Part shown: piece after piece, positions 50,866-59,965 of the stretch
How the letters are laid out: every line of letters starts with the position of its first letter
How positions within the stretch are numbered: position 1 is the first letter of the stretch
DNA from: Nitrospira sp.
GTDB lineage: Bacteria; Nitrospirota; Nitrospiria; Nitrospirales; Nitrospiraceae
Reading direction: 5' to 3'
Assembly: GCA_047150005.1 (NCBI GenBank)
Contig: AP038806.1
Location: 3,616,001 to 3,680,000, forward strand
DNA: 64,000 bases
The notes under the pieces: generated by a model
The model's database searches: none
Told to the model about the DNA's origin: nothing
Seen by the model: the letters and a program-made list of their open reading frames with translations, nothing else
Translations under genes and position numbers: made by a program

Positions 50866-51126
50866 ATGAACGAAGAGCATGGTCACGAGAAAACGTTCAC
50901 AATTATTGTGAACGGACGAAAGAAAGAAGTAGCAACAAAGGAGTTGTCATACGCCGACATCGTCAATTTGGCCTACGACAACAACCCACCGACGGGGCCG
51001 AACATCGTCATCACCGTCACCTTCAAAAAAGGCGAGGGCGACAAGCAAGGTACTTTGCTGCCGGGAGACACAATCAAGATCAAGGATGGAATGATTTTCA
51101 ATGTCACAGCAACTGATAAGTCGTAG
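50866..51126 (+). CDS. Multiubiquitin-domain (ubiquitin-like) protein
   Basis: FTIIVNGR...LSYADIV.LA...L.PG.TIKIKDGMIFNV; GAGGAG RBS; ends TATDKS. Confidence 0.88.
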   Translation: MNEEHGHEKTFTIIVNGRKKEVATKELSYADIVNLAYDNNPPTGPNIVITVTFKKGEGDKQGTLLPGDTIKIKDGMIFNVTATDKS

Positions 51127-52276
51127 CTCCGATCTCAGGAAGCTGCGGGATGAAGGCTACGACGTCGAGATTCGGTCGGGCTATTTGCTGATCAAGGATG
51201 TTCCGTATGTGAACGCCAAGAAGGAGGTCCAGCGCGGCATTCTCGTTTCAGAACTGACTTTGGCTGGTGACGTAACCGCCACGCCGAGTAGCCATGTCGC
51301 CATGTTTGCGGGAGAGTATCCTTGCGACAAGGAGGGATCTCCACTCGAAAAGATCAGGCATGGGGGTGGCCAGCAACTGGCCGAGAATCTCACAGTCCAG
51401 TATTCGTTTTCGAGTAAGCCAGCCGGTGGCCGCAGCTACAAAGATTACTACGAGAAGATGACAGCCTATGTCGCCATATTCCTCAGTCACGCCCACGCAA
51501 TCGACCCCAATGTCACAGCGCAGACCTTTCCGGTTATTCCGACAGAGGAAGATGAGTCGGTCTTCAAGTACATCGACACGGCCTCGAGTAGAGCCGGGAT
51601 CAACATGGCCAACAAGAAGCTTGGATTAACAAAGGTCGCAATTGTTGGCCTCGGTGGTACAGGATCTTACGTCCTCGATCTGGTCGCGAAGACTCCAGTG
51701 ATGGAAATACATCTCTTTGACGGAGACGTGTTATTGTCACACAACGCGTTCAGATCCCCAAGTGCTGCGTCGGTCGAAGAACTGCGGTCGAAGCCAAAGA
51801 AGGTCGCCTACTTTAACGATATGTACTCCAAGATGCGTCGAGGCATCGTTGATCACGGCTACTACATCGACGCCTCGAATGTGGAGGAGCTGCAAGGAAT
51901 GGACTTCGTGTTTCTTTGCATCGACGCCGGCGCCGCAAAGAAGTTGATCGTCGAGAATCTGGAGAAGTTTGGTATACCGTTCATTGACGTGGGTATGGGC
52001 GTAGAACTCGTCGAAGACTCGTTGCGGGGAATCCTGCGAATCACAACCAGCACCGCTGAGCGACGCCAGCATTTTAGGCAAAGAGTCTCGTTGGCAGATG
52101 CGGGCGATTACGCCGATTATGACCGCAACATTCAGATCGCTGACCTCAATGCCTTTAACGCCGCCCTGGCTGTTGTAAAATGGAAAAAGCTTTATGGCTT
52201 TTATCTGGACTTCGAGAAGGAGCACAACAGCACCTATACCATAGACGGCAACATGCTCCTTAGCGAGGATCAATGA
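51101..52276 (+). CDS. E2-like (DUF6791) + ThiF/E1 fusion
   Basis: N-terminal L..EGY.V...YLL..DVPYV, GEYPC; VGLGGTGS, FDGD..HNAFRSP, FLCID. Confidence 0.88.
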   Translation: MSQQLISRSSDLRKLRDEGYDVEIRSGYLLIKDVPYVNAKKEVQRGILVSELTLAGDVTATPSSHVAMFAGEYPCDKEGSPLEKIRHGGGQQLAENLTVQYSFSSKPAGGRSYKDYYEKMTAYVAIFLSHAHAIDPNVTAQTFPVIPTEEDESVFKYIDTASSRAGINMANKKLGLTKVAIVGLGGTGSYVLDLVAKTPVMEIHLFDGDVLLSHNAFRSPSAASVEELRSKPKKVAYFNDMYSKMRRGIVDHGYYIDASNVEELQGMDFVFLCIDAGAAKKLIVENLEKFGIPFIDVGMGVELVEDSLRGILRITTSTAERRQHFRQRVSLADAGDYADYDRNIQIADLNAFNAALAVVKWKKLYGFYLDFEKEHNSTYTIDGNMLLSEDQ

Positions 52277-52728
52277 TCAGGCGAGAAGTACATCTTAAGC
52301 ATGAATTCGTGGAATACATACCTGACCACTTAAAGGAAGGCACCATTTACGTTTCCTTATCCTTTGCAACGGCGGCACACAAGTGTTGCTGTGGATGCGG
52401 GAATACCGTTATCACTCCACTTTCTCCGACAGACTGGAAGCTCATCTTTGATGGAGAATCCATAACCCTCGATCCATCAATCGGGAACTGGAGTTTCCCG
52501 TGTCAGTCCCATTACTGGATAAAGCGCAATAGGGTTAGATGGGCTCCACAATGGTCCCAAAAACAGATTGAGGCTGGCAGGCTCCACGACCGGTTGGCCA
52601 AGGAGAGATACTTCGGTGTGACGCAGGATCAGTCTGCTGATCCTGATCCAAATGCAGCCGCCGAAGGACAGGGTGAGGAGAAACCATCTGAGGGCCTTTG
52701 GCGTAAAGCGAAGAGTTGGTGGGCATAA
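52273..52728 (+). CDS. DUF6527-family Cys/His-rich protein
   Basis: HKCCCGCG, TL.PSIGNW.FPCQSHYWI; ATGA-coupled to the E1 gene. Confidence 0.85.
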   Translation: MIRREVHLKHEFVEYIPDHLKEGTIYVSLSFATAAHKCCCGCGNTVITPLSPTDWKLIFDGESITLDPSIGNWSFPCQSHYWIKRNRVRWAPQWSQKQIEAGRLHDRLAKERYFGVTQDQSADPDPNAAAEGQGEEKPSEGLWRKAKSWWA

Positions 52729-52893
52729 CGAAGAATGAGAGTCAGTTCTTCCATGCAACATCTTGCCAGCCGCGCATCTCATTAGCTTTCCAGCCAGAAA
52801 TTAGCTAAACTTTCGCCTCAATTCACCGGGTTAGCCAGACGGGTAGGCATCGGCTCACCATGTCTGAAGCGGAGCTGCTCTGGAAGGACTCTC

Positions 52894-55800
52894 GTGCGCC
52901 TCGATCAGCTGAAACCGAACATCATCGTCAGAGGGGCGATCTTTCCTGAGCCGGTTCAGGTGATTGTCGTTGTTCCGATGGGCGAGTCGGTGAAGCTCAT
53001 TGGGAAGGGACTCAATTCCGGGAAGGTACACGAGCCGATTCTGAATGCCGGGCAGCTTGCGAGTCTGGAAGCCACTCCTGAGAAAGAGCCATTCGATGGC
53101 GACCCACACAAGTTCCGGCTGGGCATCGAAGCGCTTCGTTTGGAATTAGCCTACGAGTACGACCCGTACTTTTCCCTCTCCATCGCTCGTGTTGATCCGC
53201 TCCCGCATCAGTTAGAGGCCGTCTACGACTACTTCATTAAGCTGCCGCGTATCCGCTTCTTATTGGCAGACGATCCAGGAGCCGGAAAGACAATCATGGC
53301 CGGCCTTCTGGTCAAAGAGTTAAAGATCCGAGGCCTCGTGAAGCGCACCCTCATTGTCGCCCCGGCGAATCTGTCCTTCCAATGGCAACGAGAAATGAAG
53401 GACAAGTTCCGGGAGAACTTTGAAATCGTGCGGAGTGACGTTCTTCGAGCCAACTATGGGACCAACCCATGGCAGGAGAAGAATCAAGTCATTACTTCTG
53501 TGTCATGGGTTTCACGGATTGAGGATGCAAAAGAAAGCCTGTTGCGAAGCCACTGGGATCTCATCATCGTTGATGAAGCACACAAGATGAGCGCCTACAG
53601 CGCCGAGAAGAAGACGCTGGCCTACCAGCTCGGAGAAGCCTTGGCAGACATGACTGATCACTATCTGCTGATGACTGCCACGCCGCATAAGGGAGATCCT
53701 CAGAACTTTTGCTTATTCCTCCAGTTGCTCGATCGTGATGTGTACGGAGACGTGAAGAGCTTGGAAGAAGCAATGAGGAGGCAGGAAGCACCATGCTACC
53801 TCAGGCGGGTCAAGGAAGCGCTGGTTACGTTCCCTGACCCTGACACGGGGAAGGTGAAGGCGCTGTTTACGAAGCGCCATGTCCGCACTTCTGAGTTCAA
53901 GATCGACGACGAGGAATGGGATTTTTATGACGCCTTGACTCGTTACGTTGAAGATCAATCGATCAAGGCCTCAGCCGATGATTCTGCCAGAGGGCGAGCG
54001 CTCGGCTTCACAATGGCGCTGCTCCAACGGCGGTTTGCATCCAGCATCTATGCCGTCCGCCGTACCTTGGAGCGTATGAGGGAGAAGCGAGAGAAGATCC
54101 TCGTCGATCCTCAGGCGTATCGACAGGAGCAAATCCTGAAGAACGTTCCCGATGAATTCGACGACTTACCAGAAGAAGAACAGCAGGAGATTCTCACCAA
54201 CCTAGAGAATGTTGTCGCGTCTGTTGATCCTGCCGCACTCAAGGAAGAGATCCTTCAACTTACGAAACTCATTGATCAGGCCCGTCAGTTGGAGCAACGG
54301 GAGGTCGAGTCTAAGCTGGTTCGGCTCAAGGAGTTGCTCACCGAACGTGGAATCTTCAAGGACGAGAAGATGAAGCTGCTCATCTTCACGGAGCACAAGG
54401 ACACCTTGGATTTCCTTGTCGGCAAGCTTCGCGAGTGGAAGCTTACCGTCACTCAGATCCACGGTGGCATGAAGATCGGCGACCGAGACACGGAGGGGAC
54501 CCGTATCTACGCTGAACGTGAGTTTCGTGAAGATTGCCAGGTGCTAGTGGCTACAGAGGCGGCAGGGGAGGGAATTAATCTTCAATTCTGTTGGCTCTTG
54601 GTCAATTACGACATCCCATGGAACCCTGTTCGGCTAGAGCAGCGCATGGGACGTATTCACCGCTATGGACAGGAAAAGGACTGTCTGATCTTCAATTTCG
54701 TCTCGACCAATACACGCGAAGGCCGAGTCCTCCATAAGCTCTTTGAGCGCATAGGCAAAATTGAGGACGATCTGGATCCAAAGCGTACAGGCAAAATATT
54801 TAATGTATTGGGAGAAGTCTTCCCAGCTAATCAGTTGGAACGCATGGTCCGAGACATGTACGCTCACAATCTGACCGAAGAGGTTATTAAGAGCAGAATT
54901 ATCGAACAGGTGGACACTGAACGCTTTAGGAAGATCACCCATTCAACGCTTGAAGGCCTGGCCAAACGGGAATTGAACTTGTCGGCCATTGTGGGGAAAT
55001 CGGCAGAAGCGAAGGAGCGACGGCTTGTCCCTGAGGTCATTCAAGACTTCTTTCTCCAAGCGGCTCCCTTGGCAGGAATTCACCCCAAGGAGACCGCCAA
55101 AGGTCAGCAGTCGTTCCGCATTGGGCGTATCCCTCGCACCCTCTGGCCAATAGGGGAAAAACTCGAACCACGGTTCGGGAAGCTCGGACGGGAATACAAG
55201 CACGTCGTTTTCGATAAGCGAATGCTTACCGAAGACCCAACTCTGGAATGGGTAACACCTGGGCATGTGCTTTTTGAGGTTGTACGTGATGATGTGTGGG
55301 GTCGAGTGCAAGCCAGTCTACGTCAGGGAGCGGTCTTCTTTGATCTCCATAGCAAGGAACCAGTCCGTTTGGATGTGTTCTCTGCCGCGATTCGAGATGG
55401 ACGCGGGAACGTCCTTCATCGACATTTGTTCGTTGTCCAGACCAACGTACAAGGGATCATGAGTATTCGGCAGCCCACCATATTTCTCGACCTCGCCTTG
55501 GCCCCTACAGATACGAAAGTTCCTGAAGACAGTGGGCTGCCCACCCGTGAGAGGGTCGAACAAGTACTTGTGGAGGAGGCCTTGCAGCCCTTTCTCTCGA
55601 CCATCAGTGCTCAGCGGGCAAGAGAGATTGAAACCATTTCCAAGCACATGGAGATCAGTCTCAACGAGTTAATCCACCGGCAGAATCTCCGCATGGCCGA
55701 GTTGCTCGAAGCTCAGAAACCAGGTGATACCAGTCCACTGCTCTCGGCCAATATTAAGACTACCGAAGACCGCCTCGATGAGTTGAATGGTCGGCTGGAG

Positions 55801-56313
55801 CGAAGACGTGAAGAACTTCAGCAAGAGAGACGCTGTACCATTACCGACATTCATCATCATGGACGAGCATGGGCATTACCGCATCCAGAGCGAGCATCGC
55901 CGCGCATCGCACCGATGGTTCGCGACGAGGAAATCGAGCGAATTGCGGTTCAAGCTGTTATAGCGCATGAAGAGGCGCGTGGTTGGAAAGTAGAAAGCGT
56001 CGAGAAAGACAATCGAGGGTTCGATCTAATCTCTCGCAAGTCACACCCTGAAGACCCGAAAACGGCCATCGAAGTGCGGTTCATTGAGGTCAAAGGGCGG
56101 GCTGTCGTTGGCGGAGTGGCACTTACGACGAACGAATACAAGACAGCGGAGCGGCTCAAGAAGGATTATTGGCTCTACGCGGTGTTTAATTGTGGCTCAG
56201 AGACGCAAATTCATATTGTTCAGGACCCGGCGCGCCTAGGGTGGGAGCCACTGGTGAAAATAGAGCATTACCACGTATCCGCCGACCAGATTGTGCGAGC
56301 AGCGACATCATGA
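52894..56313 (+). CDS. SNF2-family helicase with C-terminal DUF3883-like nuclease domain
   Basis: LLADDPGAGKT, DEAH, TATP, EGINLQ, QRMGRIHR; GFDLIS...FIEVKG. Confidence 0.93.
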   Translation: MRLDQLKPNIIVRGAIFPEPVQVIVVVPMGESVKLIGKGLNSGKVHEPILNAGQLASLEATPEKEPFDGDPHKFRLGIEALRLELAYEYDPYFSLSIARVDPLPHQLEAVYDYFIKLPRIRFLLADDPGAGKTIMAGLLVKELKIRGLVKRTLIVAPANLSFQWQREMKDKFRENFEIVRSDVLRANYGTNPWQEKNQVITSVSWVSRIEDAKESLLRSHWDLIIVDEAHKMSAYSAEKKTLAYQLGEALADMTDHYLLMTATPHKGDPQNFCLFLQLLDRDVYGDVKSLEEAMRRQEAPCYLRRVKEALVTFPDPDTGKVKALFTKRHVRTSEFKIDDEEWDFYDALTRYVEDQSIKASADDSARGRALGFTMALLQRRFASSIYAVRRTLERMREKREKILVDPQAYRQEQILKNVPDEFDDLPEEEQQEILTNLENVVASVDPAALKEEILQLTKLIDQARQLEQREVESKLVRLKELLTERGIFKDEKMKLLIFTEHKDTLDFLVGKLREWKLTVTQIHGGMKIGDRDTEGTRIYAEREFREDCQVLVATEAAGEGINLQFCWLLVNYDIPWNPVRLEQRMGRIHRYGQEKDCLIFNFVSTNTREGRVLHKLFERIGKIEDDLDPKRTGKIFNVLGEVFPANQLERMVRDMYAHNLTEEVIKSRIIEQVDTERFRKITHSTLEGLAKRELNLSAIVGKSAEAKERRLVPEVIQDFFLQAAPLAGIHPKETAKGQQSFRIGRIPRTLWPIGEKLEPRFGKLGREYKHVVFDKRMLTEDPTLEWVTPGHVLFEVVRDDVWGRVQASLRQGAVFFDLHSKEPVRLDVFSAAIRDGRGNVLHRHLFVVQTNVQGIMSIRQPTIFLDLALAPTDTKVPEDSGLPTRERVEQVLVEEALQPFLSTISAQRAREIETISKHMEISLNELIHRQNLRMAELLEAQKPGDTSPLLSANIKTTEDRLDELNGRLERRREELQQERRCTITDIHHHGRAWALPHPERASPRIAPMVRDEEIERIAVQAVIAHEEARGWKVESVEKDNRGFDLISRKSHPEDPKTAIEVRFIEVKGRAVVGGVALTTNEYKTAERLKKDYWLYAVFNCGSETQIHIVQDPARLGWEPLVKIEHYHVSADQIVRAATS

Positions 56314-59300
56314 GTCAAATCACTTATCCTAAGCGTCTCATCGAGGTCGATCTTCCTATTAAGCGTATCTCCGCACATGCTAGGCGAGAAAAACTCGTTC
56401 GACACGGTCATATCTCCACACTTCATATTTGGTGGGCACGACGGCCGTTAGCTGCTTGTCGAGCCGTTATTTGTGCGGCATTGTGGCCTGATCCGGCGGA
56501 TCCATTGTGTCCTGAGAGCTTTAGATCTCATGCAAAACAATTGATGGAGAAATGGGCCAATGATCACCTGAAGCTGTGTGGAGAAGAAAGTGGACGGCAC
56601 TTCATCGCCATTCAAAAAGACCCGAATGTCTTGAAAGATAATGAAGTTCTTCGTCGGGCTTTGCTCGACTTCATCGCTGACTTTGCTAATTGGGACAATT
56701 CATTGGTGAAGGAATACCTCGACACCAGTTATTCCCTTACTCGGGCTGCACATGAAGCCTTGGGCGGTGTGCCGGGCAGCAGACCGCTCGTGGTTGATCC
56801 CTTTTCAGGTGGAGGTTCCATACCGGTCGAAGTCTTACGCGTGGGCGCCGACGCTTTTGCCAGTGATGTGAATCCCGTAGCAGTGCTACTTAATAAGGTC
56901 GTCGTTGAATATATCCCAAAGTATGGCCAACGCCTTGCGGAAGAAGTCCGCAAATGCGGCAATTGGATAAAAAATGAGGCCAAGAAGGAGTTGGCCGAGT
57001 ATTACCCTGCGGATTCGGATGGCGCGACACCCATCGCATACTTGTGGGCACGGACGGTGCTTTCGGAAGCGCCGACGCGAGATGACTTCCCAGTAGAGGT
57101 TCCACTTCTTCGCTCACTGTGGCTATCAAAGCGAAAAGAATATCCTCGCGCCCTTAGGTGGCTTCGAGATGAAAGTGGAGAGATAAAAACTGATGTGGTC
57201 GATGTAAGTTGGCAGGGACGAGATCTCAAGCTCCGCAGGCCTCTGTTGGAAATATTTGTGCCGACTAATGCAGATCAAGTCGAAGCCGGAACGGCCAAAG
57301 CCGGCTCCGCTACTTGTCCTATCACTGGATACACAACTTCAGCTGCGCGCGTGAAGGAGCAGCTTAAACAGCAGTCAGGAGGTGCTCAGCATTCACGGCT
57401 TTATGGAGTTTACGTTGAACGCCAGACTGGACGCGAATTTCGCATAGCTCGTGCCCATGACTATGCTGCTTTCCAGAAGGCGACTAAGGCCGCGTACAAA
57501 TTGCGTCAAACTGATCCCAACGTCTTCCCGACGGAACGAATTAATCCGATTCGTCCCTACAAGAACACGCGAGGATTGAGTGCAGTCACTCGAATTGGAT
57601 GCCAATCGTTTGGAGACTTGTATAACGCTCGTCAGGCGCTCTCTATTAATCGCTTTTTAGAAGCACTGCGTAGACTCGGACTAGTCGGGCATAACTTTGA
57701 ACCTGAATTTCTAAAGGCGGTTCAAACTGCATTGGCATTTGCTGTCAATCGAGGGGTCTCGCAAAATACTTCTTTGTCCCGTTGGGATGCCAGCCGTCTG
57801 ACGATCAAGGGCGCCTTCTCCAAGCAGGCTTTAGCGGTAGTTTGGGATTTCGCCGAAGCAAATCCATTCTCCGGAGGTTCTGGTGATTGGGACGGTGCAA
57901 TCGAGTGGGTAGCAAAGTTTATTGAGGCTAACCATTGCTTTCGAGCAACCGGAGCAGTTGCCCAGGCTTCTGCGACAAATATTCCTCTGCCATCCGACTC
58001 CGTGGCAGCTTTAGTAACAGATCCCCCTTACTTTGCAGCAATTCCATATGCTGACCTGTCCGATTTCTTTTATGTTTGGTTCAGGCGCGGGATCAGGAAC
58101 CTCTATCCTGACCTTTTCTCGACCGTTCTGACAGATAAGGCTAGTGAGCTAATCGTTACAAACGCGCAGAAGGGAAAAGAGGACAGAGTAAAAGACGATT
58201 CATTTTTTCGGGAAGGAATGGTTACGGCGCTAACATCGGCGAGGGATGTTGTTCAGCCAGACGGCATTGGCGTCGTTGTCTATGCCGAAGGAACGACGGC
58301 AGGATGGGAAGCGATATTAGGAGCAATCATAGGCTCCCATTGGACTATCACCTCTTCATGGCCGATTGATACTGAGATGGAGAATCGGACGCAAGCACAC
58401 CGCGCTGCCTCCCTGCAATCGTCGGTTCATCTTGTATGTCGCCCACGTGAGAATCCTGATGGCTCGGTGCGTAACGATGACGTTGGGGATTGGCGAGATG
58501 TGTTACAGGAATTGCCTCGCCGCATCCACGAATGGATGCCGCGCCTGGCCGCGGAGGGCGTCGTGGGTGCGGACGCCATCTTTGCGTGCCTCGGCCCGGC
58601 CCTGGAAATCTTCTCTCGCTATTCGCGTGTCGAAAAGGCTAGTGGGGAGGTTGTCACACTTAATGAATACCTGGAGCAAGTGTGGGCTGCCGTTGCCAAG
58701 GAAGCATTGGCGATGGTTTTTAAAGGGGCGGATGCCACTGGATTTGAGGAAGACGCTCGACTCACTGCCATGTGGCTATGGACATTGCGGACAGGTGAAA
58801 GCAATGGGAATGGGGAGGTTTTTGACGAAGAAGCGGAAGAAGACGATCAAGAGGATGAGGGTGGCAAGAAAGGGAAGGTCGCCGGGTTTGCGCTCGAATA
58901 TGATGCAGCTCGAAAGATTGCCCAAGGACTCGGAGCACATTTGGAGGACCTCACTTTTCTTGTCGAAATTAAGGGTGATATTGCCAGACTCTTACCGGTC
59001 AGTGAGCGTACACGAACGCTTTTCGGAAAGGATGACGCCCAAGCACCGACGACCGCCAAGAGGAAGAAAGAAGCACAACTTAAGCTTGGTTTTGAGGCTG
59101 AATTGCAAGAGGCCGAAGAGTCCAGTGGGTGGGGGCAAAAGGGAATCCCAAGAGTTGGGAGCACCGTGCTCGATCGGGTTCACCAATCAATGATTTTATT
59201 TGCAGCGGGACGAGGGGAAGCACTCAGGCGCTTTCTTGTGGATGAAGGGGTGGGTCGTGATGAGCGTTTCTGGAGACTTGCGCAGGCTTTGTCTGCGCTC

Positions 59301-59372
59301 TATCCAACTGGCAGTGACGAACGCCGTTGGGTTGAAGGGGTCCAAGCGCGCAAGAAGGGTCTTGGATTTTGA
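56310..59372 (+). CDS. DUF1156 adenine-specific DNA methyltransferase
   Basis: KRLIEVDLP, LHIWWARRPL, DPFSGGGSIP (SAM), TDPPY (catalytic). Confidence 0.92.
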   Translation: MSQITYPKRLIEVDLPIKRISAHARREKLVRHGHISTLHIWWARRPLAACRAVICAALWPDPADPLCPESFRSHAKQLMEKWANDHLKLCGEESGRHFIAIQKDPNVLKDNEVLRRALLDFIADFANWDNSLVKEYLDTSYSLTRAAHEALGGVPGSRPLVVDPFSGGGSIPVEVLRVGADAFASDVNPVAVLLNKVVVEYIPKYGQRLAEEVRKCGNWIKNEAKKELAEYYPADSDGATPIAYLWARTVLSEAPTRDDFPVEVPLLRSLWLSKRKEYPRALRWLRDESGEIKTDVVDVSWQGRDLKLRRPLLEIFVPTNADQVEAGTAKAGSATCPITGYTTSAARVKEQLKQQSGGAQHSRLYGVYVERQTGREFRIARAHDYAAFQKATKAAYKLRQTDPNVFPTERINPIRPYKNTRGLSAVTRIGCQSFGDLYNARQALSINRFLEALRRLGLVGHNFEPEFLKAVQTALAFAVNRGVSQNTSLSRWDASRLTIKGAFSKQALAVVWDFAEANPFSGGSGDWDGAIEWVAKFIEANHCFRATGAVAQASATNIPLPSDSVAALVTDPPYFAAIPYADLSDFFYVWFRRGIRNLYPDLFSTVLTDKASELIVTNAQKGKEDRVKDDSFFREGMVTALTSARDVVQPDGIGVVVYAEGTTAGWEAILGAIIGSHWTITSSWPIDTEMENRTQAHRAASLQSSVHLVCRPRENPDGSVRNDDVGDWRDVLQELPRRIHEWMPRLAAEGVVGADAIFACLGPALEIFSRYSRVEKASGEVVTLNEYLEQVWAAVAKEALAMVFKGADATGFEEDARLTAMWLWTLRTGESNGNGEVFDEEAEEDDQEDEGGKKGKVAGFALEYDAARKIAQGLGAHLEDLTFLVEIKGDIARLLPVSERTRTLFGKDDAQAPTTAKRKKEAQLKLGFEAELQEAEESSGWGQKGIPRVGSTVLDRVHQSMILFAAGRGEALRRFLVDEGVGRDERFWRLAQALSALYPTGSDERRWVEGVQARKKGLGF

Positions 59373-59953
59373 CGTCAATTGCCCATAGATGGTTTCTCAC
59401 ATTCATGGAAACTGTCAGAAGGCATGAGACGGCGACTCTCTTGCGAGATGCGGCAATACAAGGACGACTCCAAAAATGGACAGAGGCGCTGACTGCGGTC
59501 GTTATCGCCACATGTCATACAGAGGGATGGAAGGGGGCTGCACGAGGGCATCGGTCAACGCTATTACCTATTGCCAGGCAGGAGTACTTAGGCCTGGATG
59601 TTGTGGCTTTTGACCTCGTGGGAGAGCGTCATTGGCGCCTCCCTCATGCGGTTTTCGAACTCGAAAACAGTCAAGACGATGACCGCGTTGCCTATTGCCT
59701 TTGGAAAGTCCTCTGTGTACGAAGCAAGCTGCGAGTGGTGTTCTGTTATCGCCGCGACCGAGAACAAGGAGTTAAGCTCGTTCGCCATCTTTCAAGCAGG
59801 GTCCTAAGTGAGATGCCAATGGCTGAGCGTACGAGCCTGGGCGCTGAAACCCTGCTCGTGACTGGATGCCGGAATGAAGCGGAGACCTTTCCATATGGAT
59901 TCTTCAAAGAATGGCTGCTCGACCTCAATACAGGACGATTTAGTCGAACGTAA
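59369..59953 (+). CDS. Hypothetical protein, possible PD-(D/E)XK nuclease fold
   Basis: EYLGLDVV...AVFELEN...KVLCVRS; overlaps methyltransferase stop. Confidence 0.6.
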   Translation: MTSIAHRWFLTFMETVRRHETATLLRDAAIQGRLQKWTEALTAVVIATCHTEGWKGAARGHRSTLLPIARQEYLGLDVVAFDLVGERHWRLPHAVFELENSQDDDRVAYCLWKVLCVRSKLRVVFCYRRDREQGVKLVRHLSSRVLSEMPMAERTSLGAETLLVTGCRNEAETFPYGFFKEWLLDLNTGRFSRT

Positions 59954-59965
59954 ACAGGTGACATC

